Source: a virus
Taxonomy: Duplodnaviria; Caudoviricetes
DNA length: 64,000 nt
Strand: one strand, 5' to 3'
Virus record (IMG/VR): IMGVR_UViG_2595698868_000001
Location: 215,968-279,967 of that record
Position 1 is the first letter of the stretch. Each line of letters starts with the position of its first letter. Shown here piece after piece: positions 1 to 8,863 of the stretch. Under the pieces are notes generated by a model. It made no database searches. It was not told the origin of the DNA and saw only the letters and a program-made list of their open reading frames with translations. The translations under genes and the position numbers were made by a program.

Positions 1-12
1 CTCGGCGATCGT

Positions 13-822
13 ATGAAGGAATACGAGTTCCACGAAACGGGACGTCGTTTCCTTTCCATGCTGCCGGTCTACGCCCGCATCGACGGGCGTGGCTTCTCGA
101 AGTTCACGCGCGGTATGGCCAAGCCGTTCGATCCGCGCATGTCGGCCGCAATGATCGAGACGACCAAGTACCTCGTTCAGCACACCGGCGCCCTGATCGG
201 CTATACGCAATCCGATGAGATCAGCCTTGTCTGGAAGGCGCCGGACTACAAGTCGTCGATCTTCTTCAATGGCAAGATCACCAAGATGACCAGCGTCCTC
301 GCCGGTCTCGCCACGGCCGCCTTCGGTAAGGAAATTCGTGGCTGGACGCCTTACGAGGATCGCCTGCCGTGCTTCGATGCCCGCGTACTGCAACTGCCGC
401 AGGACTACGAAGCCGCCAACATGCTGCTCTGGCGCACGCTGGACGCCGAGCGGAACGCAGTCAGCATGCTGGCCCAGGCCCACTTCTCGCACAAGGAACT
501 GCAACACAAGACGCAGCGACAAATGCACGAGATGCTCGACGCCAAGGGCATCAAGCTGACGGACTTCCCCGAAGGCGTTCAGCGCGGCACATTCGTGCGT
601 CGCGTGACCTACGACCATCCGACCATGATGATCGACATCGAGACCATTCCCGGCCCGACGTTCGTGCCCAGCACGGTCAAGCGTTCCAAGGTCGACGTCA
701 TTCCGATGCCCTCGTTCCGTTACGTCCGGAACCGCACCGAGGTGGTGTTCGACGCCGCCGCGCCCGACCATCTGGAAACCCTGGAGCGCTGGGAACGCAT
801 GACAGGTGAAGCCGATGATTGA
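13..822 (+). CDS. thg1: tRNA-His guanylyltransferase Thg1-like protein (3'-5' polymerase); may start just upstream of the window
   Basis: Motifs RIDGRGFSKFT, YTQSDEISL, FDARV and WR..DAERN are typical of the Thg1/TLP family. Confidence 0.9.
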   Translation: MKEYEFHETGRRFLSMLPVYARIDGRGFSKFTRGMAKPFDPRMSAAMIETTKYLVQHTGALIGYTQSDEISLVWKAPDYKSSIFFNGKITKMTSVLAGLATAAFGKEIRGWTPYEDRLPCFDARVLQLPQDYEAANMLLWRTLDAERNAVSMLAQAHFSHKELQHKTQRQMHEMLDAKGIKLTDFPEGVQRGTFVRRVTYDHPTMMIDIETIPGPTFVPSTVKRSKVDVIPMPSFRYVRNRTEVVFDAAAPDHLETLERWERMTGEADD

Positions 823-1207
823 ACTCACGCCCACGAGCCGCAACTTCCTGCGCGGAGATTTCCTGGACGCGAACAACATTAGCTGCTCGATCCAAGAGTC
901 TTCGGTCGCCACGGATAATCTGCTTTGGCTCGGTTGCGACGGGTCGCGCATGCACCTGACCCAGGGCATGGCCGCCGACCTGCTGCCGCATCTTCAGCGT
1001 TTCGTAGCGACGGGTGAACTCACCGACAGCCCTGTCCCCGCCGGCGAGGAACCGCCGCTGGACCTGCTGGAGGCGCGTGTCGCCGAGATGGTGCAGCGTA
1101 TGTGTCCGCCCGGCTGCCTGCCAACGCGAGGCCAGGAGCGAGATGCTTCGACGCTGGCTGCTCTCATCCGCATGGCGCGTCGCGGCGCCTCAGCCCCAAA
1201 CTTGTAG
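806..1207 (+). CDS. hypothetical protein
   Basis: ORF overlapping the upstream stop in the + operon. Confidence 0.6.
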   Translation: MKPMIELTPTSRNFLRGDFLDANNISCSIQESSVATDNLLWLGCDGSRMHLTQGMAADLLPHLQRFVATGELTDSPVPAGEEPPLDLLEARVAEMVQRMCPPGCLPTRGQERDASTLAALIRMARRGASAPNL

Positions 1208-1216
1208 GAGGTCCAG

Positions 1217-1570
1217 ATGAACCAGTCCGACCCGCAGACGACGATCCACGAGGCCTGCGCCCGCGCGATCGCCTGGATGGCCCGAGGGCATGTCGCTCAT
1301 GAACACCTCTTCCTGGATTCGGTGGTCGAGCGCATCCGGGCCGTTCCGCGCCAGGAGAAGGCGTACGAAGTCTACACGGCCGTGCTGACCGAACTGACCC
1401 GCATGAACGCCGTGCTGGAGGCCGAAGGCCCCAGCAGCGCGAACAAGGCGCGTCTGGTCGCCGTCTCGATGGAACGCATCATGGAAGAAGTCGGGCCGCG
1501 CCTGGATGACCCCATGATCATCTATTCGGACCACCACAAGTGGTGGCCGATGGTCGAGGCCGCCGCATGA
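1217..1570 (+). CDS. hypothetical protein
   Basis: AGGAGG RBS before ATG. Confidence 0.7.
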   Translation: MNQSDPQTTIHEACARAIAWMARGHVAHEHLFLDSVVERIRAVPRQEKAYEVYTAVLTELTRMNAVLEAEGPSSANKARLVAVSMERIMEEVGPRLDDPMIIYSDHHKWWPMVEAAA

Positions 1571-2118
1571 GGTTCCACAACCTCCACCTAGGTATCGACT
1601 ATGACGATGCCTACCGCGCCGTGACCGTCACGCTACGCGACGGCACCGAGGTGCGATTCGAATCGGGAGACCCGCCGGCTGACTTCGCCAAAGCGGTCGA
1701 GTATGCCCGAGGGGAATGCGTCCGCATCGGCTGCAACGTGATGACGTCCTCGTCGCTCGATAGTTTCGTGTTCGATGTTCCGGGGTGGAAGTACAACAAC
1801 GAAGATATGCTGATCCGCGATCCGCGCGACCACATCGCCTCCGTCGCCGAAGTCATGTCGGGCTGTCCCATGGAGTGGGAGGGCTTGCTTGAAGACGGCA
1901 CTCACTTCTATGCCCGATATCGCGATGGTCGGTTCCGGGTGGGCTTTGGTGAAACGAACATCCAGGCCGTGGATCATGCGGTCAGCAACGACAAGGGCTA
2001 CACCGCACAGATCGGTGAGCATCTGGAAGGTCACCTGACCTGGGCCGAGGCCCTGCCACACTTCAACCAAGCCCTCCTGAAGCGTGCGGGCTATGCCGTG
2101 GATCAAGACGACGAATGA
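1567..2118 (+). CDS. hypothetical protein
   Basis: ATGA overlap with the previous stop. Confidence 0.65.
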   Translation: MRFHNLHLGIDYDDAYRAVTVTLRDGTEVRFESGDPPADFAKAVEYARGECVRIGCNVMTSSSLDSFVFDVPGWKYNNEDMLIRDPRDHIASVAEVMSGCPMEWEGLLEDGTHFYARYRDGRFRVGFGETNIQAVDHAVSNDKGYTAQIGEHLEGHLTWAEALPHFNQALLKRAGYAVDQDDE

Positions 2119-2525
2119 CCCCGATCCCTACCGACCTGACCTGCTTCCAACTGGTCCGTATCGACCTCGCCAGCCTGAACCCCGGCAAGGGCATGGCGCA
2201 GACCAACCACGTCGGCTCCAAGCTGGTCTACGACTCTCGCAAGTGGGACCCAATGCAGACCGCCTGGGTCGAGATGTGGCTGGAGGAGGCCGACGGGTTC
2301 GGTACCGTCTTCACGTACGGCGCTACCCTGGAGCAAATGCGTGCGGCGGTGATGCTGGGTAAGGCTGTCGGCACTCCGGCCGCGATCATCAACGACCCTA
2401 CCTATCCGTTGCGCGACGGAGCTACCCTGCATTCGCTATCGCTGGAGACCGCTGCCTACGTGTTTGGTTCGCGTGCGGTCATCATGCCTCTCATGAAGCT
2501 GCTGGGCCTGGAGTGGCATCCGTAG
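2115..2525 (+). CDS. peptidyl-tRNA hydrolase 2 (Pth2)-like protein
   Basis: LVRIDLASLNPGKGMAQTNH resembles the Pth2 VR.DL.M..GK..AQ..H motif; 136 aa. Confidence 0.6.
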   Translation: MTPIPTDLTCFQLVRIDLASLNPGKGMAQTNHVGSKLVYDSRKWDPMQTAWVEMWLEEADGFGTVFTYGATLEQMRAAVMLGKAVGTPAAIINDPTYPLRDGATLHSLSLETAAYVFGSRAVIMPLMKLLGLEWHP

Positions 2526-2824
2526 TGATCCGCTTCAAACACGCTGATTTCACTGACTGCGAACTCGTCTCGTTCGGCGAGGGGCGCGGTCGGCTGCAAG
2601 GTTTGGCAGGCTTTGCGAACTGCCGTACGACGGCCGGCGTCGAATTTCAGGCGATGATCCGAGCGCCGGAGAAGCTTCGCAAGCGTCTATTAGGCCCCGA
2701 TGGCGCCCTCGTGAAACGTGTTCAGGTCCAACACATGGGCCTGAATATCTGGGGGAAACCTCGTCTGGGCATGGTGATCAAGTTCATGGACGCCGACGGC
2801 GTCGATCTAGAGTTCGAGAGTTGA
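2513..2824 (+). CDS. stand-alone OB-fold domain resembling the C-terminus of ATP-dependent DNA ligases
   Basis: DCELVSFGEGRGRLQGLAG...GVEF...QHMGLNIWGKPRLG matches the ligase OB pattern EGKGK..G..GA...YQGLT..GKPRFP. Confidence 0.55.
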   Translation: MASVVIRFKHADFTDCELVSFGEGRGRLQGLAGFANCRTTAGVEFQAMIRAPEKLRKRLLGPDGALVKRVQVQHMGLNIWGKPRLGMVIKFMDADGVDLEFES

Positions 2825-2850
2825 CAGACGGCGCAAGGCTAGGATACCTG
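2818..2850 (+). promoter_or_regulatory. class B promoter GAGTTGACRGMCRGC; other copies have TTGAC at 7503, 19843, 22025 and 25422
   Basis: Five near-identical intergenic GAGTTGAC(A/G)G(A/C)C(G/A)GC sequences with a sigma70-type -35. Confidence 0.6.
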
Positions 2851-2877
2851 TGTCGCTACTGACGACAAGGAGGCCCC

Positions 2878-3066
2878 ATGAAACTGTCCAAAGCTCAGGA
2901 AGCGTTCCTGCGTGAACTCCCTACGACCGCCGCCGAAGGCTATCAGCCGGCGAGCAAGCTAGTCGAACTCGGTCTGGCGACCAAGGAAGCGCAGAAGTAC
3001 GGCTCCGACCGCTATACGCGCACGCCCGCCGGCGACGCCTGGATCGCCAAGAAGGACGCCGCCTGA
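2878..3066 (+). CDS. small winged-helix-like protein
   Basis: KLVELGLA...YTRTPAG wing motif; AGGAGG RBS. Confidence 0.6.
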   Translation: MKLSKAQEAFLRELPTTAAEGYQPASKLVELGLATKEAQKYGSDRYTRTPAGDAWIAKKDAA

Positions 3067-4043
3067 TGGGCCGCGAACTCCGCCGTGTGCCGCTCGACTT
3101 CGACTGGCCGATCAACGAGACCTGGGAAGGGTTCCTGAATCCGCACTACACGGCGACGCCGTGTCCCATCTGCGTCGACAATTCGGGACATTCAACGGGC
3201 TACTCGCCCTACGCCCAGAAGGTGATGGATCAGTGGTACGGTCATCGCGGCGGCATCAAGGAAGTGCCTGCCTACAGCCAGCCGCACCTGCCCACGGACG
3301 ATCACGTCGTCGCGTACGCCCAGCGCCAACTCAACCATAGCCCCGGCTACTACGGCCGAGGTCCGGAAGCCCTAGCGCGCGAAGCGCTGCGCCTGAGCAA
3401 CCTCTGGAACGGTTCGCTGTGCCACCACATCGACCAGGATGACGTGCAGGCCCTGATCAACGCCGGGCGCCTGAACGACTTCACCCATGTCTGGCGCGAT
3501 GGCCCGGAGGGGCGTCGCTGGTATCCCAAGGAACCAGCGGTGGTTCCGACGGCGCGCGAAGTCAACATCTGGTCCTGTAGCAGCATGGGTCACGACAGCA
3601 TCAATATGTCGATCGTGATCCGCAGTCGCTGCGAACGCGCTGGGCAGCCGACGACCTGCACGCACTGCGGAGGGCACGGAGATATCTGGGCCTCCAAGGA
3701 GGACGAGGCGCGCTACAACGCCTGGAAGCCGACACCTCCGCCCGAAGGTGAAGGCTGGCAAATCTGGGAGACCGTCTCCGAGGGCTCGCCGATCACGCCC
3801 GTCTTCCGTACGCCGGAAGAACTGGCCCGCTACAAGGCCCGCCATCCCTACGGCACGGACAAGGCCAGCTACGAATCGTGGATGAAGTTCCTCCTCGGCG
3901 ACGGCTGGGCGCCTTCAGCTATCGGTTTCGCCGGCGGCGGCATCATGAACGGCGTCGAAGGGCTCGCGCGGCTTAAGGCCCAAACGTCCGACGACTACGA
4001 TCCGGATGAGTACGCCGACATCGGCGTGGAGGAACGCTTTTAA
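3066..4043 (+). CDS. phage hypothetical protein with split CxxC zinc-binding motifs
   Basis: CPIC and CTHCGGHG; 325 aa; coupled start/stop. Confidence 0.75.
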   Translation: MGRELRRVPLDFDWPINETWEGFLNPHYTATPCPICVDNSGHSTGYSPYAQKVMDQWYGHRGGIKEVPAYSQPHLPTDDHVVAYAQRQLNHSPGYYGRGPEALAREALRLSNLWNGSLCHHIDQDDVQALINAGRLNDFTHVWRDGPEGRRWYPKEPAVVPTAREVNIWSCSSMGHDSINMSIVIRSRCERAGQPTTCTHCGGHGDIWASKEDEARYNAWKPTPPPEGEGWQIWETVSEGSPITPVFRTPEELARYKARHPYGTDKASYESWMKFLLGDGWAPSAIGFAGGGIMNGVEGLARLKAQTSDDYDPDEYADIGVEERF

Positions 4044-4759
4044 TGTCGGTCTTCGACGAGGGCCTCAACCAACTCGCGTTGGACCCCGGCGACACGCCGC
4101 CGGGAGTCTTCTCGATCATCGCCGACCGCCTAGAAGAAGCGATCTGCGGCGACGAGCAAGAACTGCGTTTGCTCGCCGAGAAGCTGGATACGATCTTGCG
4201 GGCGGGGCTTCGGAACAATGGCGCGATCGCTCCGGCGATCTTGGGCCAGGAGCCAGACTCGAAGATCGAGACTGCGTACGCCCTCGGTCGCCTGTCCTTC
4301 GCTCTGGAACTCGCGCAGCGTACTCTGAGCCGTCGACCGCCCGAAGGCTTCTACACGATGCTCGACGACTACGGCTGGAGCGGCTTCTACAAGGCGCTGC
4401 TCAAGCAAGGTCGGGTCTCGCTGTCGTCGCGCCTTGGCGAGAAGGCGACGAAAAAGCGACGCAAGGAGGAACTCGAACGCTTCCAGGTGCTCGTGAATTC
4501 GGGCGTCGTCGACTTCGTCGAGGAGAACGGCGACACCCTGTTCATGCTGACGCCGGCGGCTCGTTCCTATCTGGAGAACAAGCCGCCTCTGACCCTGGGC
4601 CTGCCCGAAGAACTGCTGGCCGGATGGGGCGACCTCGACAGCGCGATCAACCGCGTCATCACCTCGCTGCCGGCGCAGATTTCGGCCAACATGGAAGACC
4701 TGGAGGGCCGCAAGCGGACTTTCCGTGAACTGATCCACAAGCTGGCGATGGGGCGCTGA
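4043..4759 (+). CDS. hypothetical protein, possible internal winged helix
   Basis: Coupled ORF; LVNSGVV...FMLTPAA. Confidence 0.65.
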   Translation: MSVFDEGLNQLALDPGDTPPGVFSIIADRLEEAICGDEQELRLLAEKLDTILRAGLRNNGAIAPAILGQEPDSKIETAYALGRLSFALELAQRTLSRRPPEGFYTMLDDYGWSGFYKALLKQGRVSLSSRLGEKATKKRRKEELERFQVLVNSGVVDFVEENGDTLFMLTPAARSYLENKPPLTLGLPEELLAGWGDLDSAINRVITSLPAQISANMEDLEGRKRTFRELIHKLAMGR

Positions 4760-5130
4760 TGACCGACCTCGAAGAGCGTCTCGATCCACAGACGCTCGCC
4801 GACCTCATCTACCGTCACTTCTACAACGGGCCGGTCGGCGGCGCCCGTCATCGACTCGCGCGTATCATCCGCAACCACGTGATGGGCCTGCCGATCATGT
4901 ACTTCCAGGAAGTTCTGGACGAGTACCTGACGTCGGCCCTGGCGCTGAACGACAGCACGGACCCAGCAATCCGCGCCGAGAACCAGAAGGCCCTCGCGGA
5001 AGCGCGCGCCTTGTTCTGGAAGGGGCTGAACGGCGTGGCCGATCCGGTCCACGTCGACGGATTGATCGCCTATGCCGCCGCCAAGGAACTGACGCCCTGC
5101 ATCGCCGATACGATCGCACGGAGACGCTGA
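4759..5130 (+). CDS. hypothetical protein
   Basis: TGATG coupling. Confidence 0.65.
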   Translation: MTDLEERLDPQTLADLIYRHFYNGPVGGARHRLARIIRNHVMGLPIMYFQEVLDEYLTSALALNDSTDPAIRAENQKALAEARALFWKGLNGVADPVHVDGLIAYAAAKELTPCIADTIARRR

Positions 5131-5588
5131 TGTATCCCATTTCGGTGCCGCATCTCCAGCAAATCGCCGACCCTTTCGAGAACGTGGTCTGGCACCTCGA
5201 TATCGACTCCCCGATCACTCGGCAGGAGGTCCATGATGCGATCGCTCAAGGACGCTACAGCGGCCACATCTCCACTGCGCTTTATTCGCGCAATTGGAAC
5301 GATCCGACGGAACGCCGTCGGACCCATGCCGAACGCATCGCCCATCTCGTAACTTTCGGATGGCATGACGCCATCATGATCGACGTCGGTATCCCGAGCT
5401 ACTTCTTCGGCGCCCGCCCGCCATATTGGCCCGTCACGGACGGCAACCATCGGCTGGCGGCGGCGATCTACCGCTGTGATCCCTATATCGCGGGCGACGT
5501 CGTCGGCTGCGTCGAAGAAGCCTGCCGCCTGGGCCTGGGTCCGCCCGGTCAAGTGCGTCCTCCGCTCCCCATGGTGATCAATGGCTAA
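5130..5588 (+). CDS. ParB/Srx-like domain protein
   Basis: VTDGNHRLAAA motif. Confidence 0.65.
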   Translation: MYPISVPHLQQIADPFENVVWHLDIDSPITRQEVHDAIAQGRYSGHISTALYSRNWNDPTERRRTHAERIAHLVTFGWHDAIMIDVGIPSYFFGARPPYWPVTDGNHRLAAAIYRCDPYIAGDVVGCVEEACRLGLGPPGQVRPPLPMVING

Positions 5589-5814
5589 GCACCCTCCCAT
5601 CCCGCAGGACTGCCGCACCTGTCCGTCACTTTGGACCCAAGGTCGCAAGGATGGGCAGCACGACCGCTGGTGCTGCCACTTCGGAGCGCCGGCGCCCCGA
5701 ATGATCGGTCACTGTAAGACGACCGGCTACTTCGGCAGCGCTGCCCACGAGAAACATAAGGGCGACTTCCCCCGACCTGCCCACGTCAAACCGAAGGACC
5801 GCGTCAGCCTGTGA
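5581..5814 (+). CDS. small Cys-rich hypothetical protein
   Basis: CRTC...WCC...HC; coupled ORF. Confidence 0.55.
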   Translation: MAKHPPIPQDCRTCPSLWTQGRKDGQHDRWCCHFGAPAPRMIGHCKTTGYFGSAAHEKHKGDFPRPAHVKPKDRVSL

Positions 5815-6314
5815 ACCGTCCGATCCTGTTCCTGGACTGCGACGGCGTCGTCAATACGACGTCGACCGAGCCGCTGCCTTACGACAAGCGACGGCCGGCG
5901 TGGCGCAAATATGCCCACCTCTCCGAGCCGGCGATCGTCGCGCGGCTCAAGACCTTCGTGCAGGCCCACAACATGATTGTGGTGGTGTCGAGCACGTGGC
6001 GTAAGCTGAACACGCGCGCGTAGTTCATCTCCTACCTCGGCGATTGGCTCCAGAATCACATACCGCGCTCGAAGCATTGGCGGACGGTCTCGACCAACAA
6101 GGGCTTTCGAGGCGAAGAAGTGCGTATCTGGTTCCGCGCTAACCCTCGCCACGGCGCCGCACCCTACGTGATCTTCGATGACGATAGCGACTTCTATCCT
6201 GACCAACCCCACGTCAAGACGCACTATGATCACGGCCTGACCGACGCCGATATCGAGCGCGCTTCGCAATTACTGGCAGACCAGCAGTGTTCGACTCTTT
6301 CGTCTACCACCTGA
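5811..6314 (+). pseudogene. HAD-family phosphatase (Swiss-Army-knife RNA-repair-like HAD) interrupted by an in-frame TAG at 6021-6023
   Basis: FLDCDGV (motif I) and VVSSTWR precede the TAG; the frame continues to RGEEV..W and YVIFDDDSD. Confidence 0.75.
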
Positions 6315-6745
6315 ACGCTTATCGTCAGCGCAAGGGCAAGTACCGGGTCTTCCGCTACATGGGACGCGAGGACGGTAACCCGCTGCGTATCGTCTACACT
6401 CGCAACTTCGGCCCGTCGCTCAACGGAGAGACACGGTTCACGCTGGTGCTGGGCATCGATACCAAGCTGTTCAGCTACTCGCTGATGATCAACCGCTACA
6501 GCGAGCGTTATGTCCTCAATCCCCACACTGACGGCATCGACCACAACGAAATCCTGCTCCTGGAACTGATCCGGGCCAGGGCCGGCGGCGTCTTCTCGGC
6601 CGGCGCGGGAGCCCGCTCCTGGCTGAACGGTCGCATCTGGCGGCTCGACGGCGGTCAGGTTGAGCATGGCTTCACGAAGATCGAGAAGGGATCGCGCCTG
6701 ACCTTGATCTTCCAACGTGGACAGCATGGCGGCCGATGTCCATGA
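6287..6745 (+). CDS. 2OG-Fe(II) oxygenase-like protein
   Basis: INRY...PHTD...EHGFTKIEKGSRLTL shows the HxD..H..R pattern. Confidence 0.6.
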   Translation: MFDSFVYHLNAYRQRKGKYRVFRYMGREDGNPLRIVYTRNFGPSLNGETRFTLVLGIDTKLFSYSLMINRYSERYVLNPHTDGIDHNEILLLELIRARAGGVFSAGAGARSWLNGRIWRLDGGQVEHGFTKIEKGSRLTLIFQRGQHGGRCP

Positions 6746-6990
6746 TCTTGCTTCGGCCGCCAGTATGCTTTGCCAAGGACGTGCATATCTCACTTCGCGC
6801 GTCTGCTCCTCTGCATCCTGCCGCCGCTGAATGGATCGCCGGAGTAAGCTGTCCGCCTCATGTCGTGCCCAGGGTGATCGCTTGCCTGGAAAACAGTGGA
6901 CGTTACGACTGCTGCGTGTCGGAGGCCGCTTATGCGGCTTCTTGCGTCGACTTGCCCGAGGTGGGTATCGAAGTGCTAGTGCTCACTTGA
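6736..6990 (+). CDS. hypothetical protein
   Basis: Coupled ORF. Confidence 0.45.
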   Translation: MSMILLRPPVCFAKDVHISLRASAPLHPAAAEWIAGVSCPPHVVPRVIACLENSGRYDCCVSEAAYAASCVDLPEVGIEVLVLT

Positions 6991-7020
6991 CCATGGGTAT
7001 ATCGTTCTTGTAAAGAAACA
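6987..7020 (+). promoter_or_regulatory. promoter with an inverted copy of the class A operator (TTCTT-GTA-AAGAA)
   Basis: TTGACC at 6987 followed by CTTGTAAAGAAACA. Confidence 0.55.
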
Positions 7021-7040
7021 TAAACATGAAGGGAGCCCAC

Positions 7041-7181
7041 ATGATCGAGATGCTAAAGGAGCTTCAGCGCCGGTTCGAGCACGAGATCAAAACGAACAAT
7101 GCGTTCTTCTGGTACATCGTGGCGACGGGCGCCGTGAACGTCGTGATCTTCGTCTGGCTGATGGGCGTGATCTTTGGCTAA
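7041..7181 (+). CDS. small membrane protein (46 aa, not in the ORF track)
   Basis: GGGAG RBS; MIEMLKELQRRFEHEIKTNNAFFWYIVATGAVNVVIFVWLMGVIFG. Confidence 0.6.
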   Translation: MIEMLKELQRRFEHEIKTNNAFFWYIVATGAVNVVIFVWLMGVIFG

Positions 7182-7312
7182 CTGTCCAGATATGGCCGAC
7201 AACCGCCGTTTATCGGTCGGATTTGGCCACCCGTGGACAATTGCGTAACCGCCCGTATGTGAGCCATTAAGGGCCTATTTCTCGGCTAACAGCCCACACA
7301 TGACACTTTATC

Positions 7313-7365
7313 GACCGGAGGTCCCGCCGGCGGCAGCCGGTCACGAGGGCCGAAGGCGCGAGTGA
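7313..7365 (+). repeat. GNA-loop triple-hairpin element, copy A
   Basis: gacc-GGA-ggtc ccg ccggc-GGCA-gccgg tcacGAg g gcc-GAA-ggc g cGAgtga. Confidence 0.85.
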
Positions 7366-7455
7366 TTCCTTGACGCAGGGATCGAGATCAGCGAGAGTGA
7401 GATTCTTAGTAGGGGTGGTAGCCTGCTGGGTCTCCTTAGGGATGATGTTTGATGG

Positions 7456-7492
7456 AAACGGGAGGGCGGTCTTCGGGCCGCCCTCTTCGTTT
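7456..7492 (+). terminator. stable C(UUCG)G hairpin, probable intrinsic terminator
   Basis: gagggcggtc-TTCG-ggccgccctc followed by ttcgttt. Confidence 0.65.
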
Positions 7493-7538
7493 GAGCCAAG
7501 AGTTGACAGCCGGCGCCGGTCTCGCTTATCCAAGAGCC

Positions 7539-7928
7539 ATGCCGCACTCGCTCGACGCCATCGCCAATCGTGTCCGTATGGCGGACCCGAATCTCCTGCA
7601 TCTGAGCCTGGAGGCGGACCTGCTCCACACGCTCTTGCTTCAGTCGGAGTGGCCACCCGAGTGGCATCATGTCACGCGCTTCAATCCGCTCGATCGCCTG
7701 GAATCGGCGATCAGCCTGATCGAGCGTTTCTTCCCCGGCTGGGACTTCGGAGTCCAGTACCGATTCGACGACAAGACGGATGAGAAGTACGCCAGCGCGG
7801 TGCTCTCCACCCCAAACGGCTCAACGGTCTATTCGGAAGAGGTGCGTGGAGGTTGCATCGCTATGCCAAAGGCGACTTGCCTTGTGCTCCTGCGGGGGTT
7901 GAAGGATCAGCTTTCGCACGCAGCTTGA
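7539..7928 (+). CDS. hypothetical protein, possibly leaderless
   Basis: ATG lies directly after the class B promoter at 7503. Confidence 0.6.
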   Translation: MPHSLDAIANRVRMADPNLLHLSLEADLLHTLLLQSEWPPEWHHVTRFNPLDRLESAISLIERFFPGWDFGVQYRFDDKTDEKYASAVLSTPNGSTVYSEEVRGGCIAMPKATCLVLLRGLKDQLSHAA

Positions 7929-7953
7929 CGATCGACTTCCATTTCTTTACATG
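7925..7953 (+). promoter_or_regulatory. class A promoter (TTGAC-N-RTTTCTTTACA)
   Basis: ttgacg N17 tacatg, with gacgatca downstream. Confidence 0.7.
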
Positions 7954-7983
7954 GGTCCTGACGATCAATCAGAGGAGACCCAC

Positions 7984-8175
7984 ATGCAGATCGGCACCAT
8001 GGATGACGTCAGCAGGGACAATGACCTGCTCGATCTCATTCTTCAGCTTCTCAAGGCCTCGGGCGACATCGACCAAGTGCCGCGCGATGCGGAGTACGTG
8101 GAAGCCTACGGCGCCGCCGTCAACATCAGGCTAGTCGACGGCCGCACCGCGACCATCCTGGTCTCGGTCGACTGA
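7984..8175 (+). CDS. hypothetical protein
   Basis: GAGGAG RBS. Confidence 0.6.
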   Translation: MQIGTMDDVSRDNDLLDLILQLLKASGDIDQVPRDAEYVEAYGAAVNIRLVDGRTATILVSVD

Positions 8176-8176
8176 C

Positions 8177-8794
8177 GTGACCCAGATCACCTACCGCGAA
8201 GCTAAAGCGCGCCTGAGCGCGCCGGACGCTGACCTGAACAACCTGCGCGCCGAACTCGCCGTCCTAATGGACGCGATCGACAACAATCATTTCCCCTATG
8301 ATCCCGAGCGGCCGTTCTGCCGGGGATTCGTTCTGTGGACCCATCCGGACGACCCCACAAAGCAGGTCACCGTCCGTAACGGACAGATCACCTGCGTCGA
8401 CGGCGCGCATTACGGCATCTCGGCCAAGACCCTGTGGATCAGGGAGACATCCGAGAACGAAACCTATGCGCGATTGGAGATCGGCAGGGTTGATTCAGAT
8501 GAAAAGGCTATCGAATTCAACTTCAGCGAGGTGCTCGCCGGCCTCGAAGACATCATTGGCTGCAAGGTGACGACCAAGGTCTGCTATGGCTTCGACGGCT
8601 TCTACCAACTCGGGTTCGAGCGTCAGTTCAAGCGTTGGGATCGCCAGCGTCTGCGCGCCGAGCAGGTCGTCACGTTCATGCAGAAGTACGACTGCGCTTT
8701 CGGGCGCACATTCGTGGAGGTGAAGACAGGCCGGATCGACCTGACGATCCAACTCCACAAGGGCGAGCACGGGAACTACACCAAGAAGGGTTGA
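8177..8794 (+). CDS. hypothetical protein
   Basis: 205-aa ORF in the operon. Confidence 0.65.
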   Translation: MTQITYREAKARLSAPDADLNNLRAELAVLMDAIDNNHFPYDPERPFCRGFVLWTHPDDPTKQVTVRNGQITCVDGAHYGISAKTLWIRETSENETYARLEIGRVDSDEKAIEFNFSEVLAGLEDIIGCKVTTKVCYGFDGFYQLGFERQFKRWDRQRLRAEQVVTFMQKYDCAFGRTFVEVKTGRIDLTIQLHKGEHGNYTKKG

Positions 8795-8819
8795 CGCTCA
8801 CGTTGTGTTTCTTTACAAG
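8791..8819 (+). promoter_or_regulatory. class A promoter
   Basis: ttgacg ctcacgttgtgtttctt tacaag. Confidence 0.75.
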
Positions 8820-8863
8820 CACATCTGACGATCACAGATTACTGTGCAATCCAGGAGGACCCG

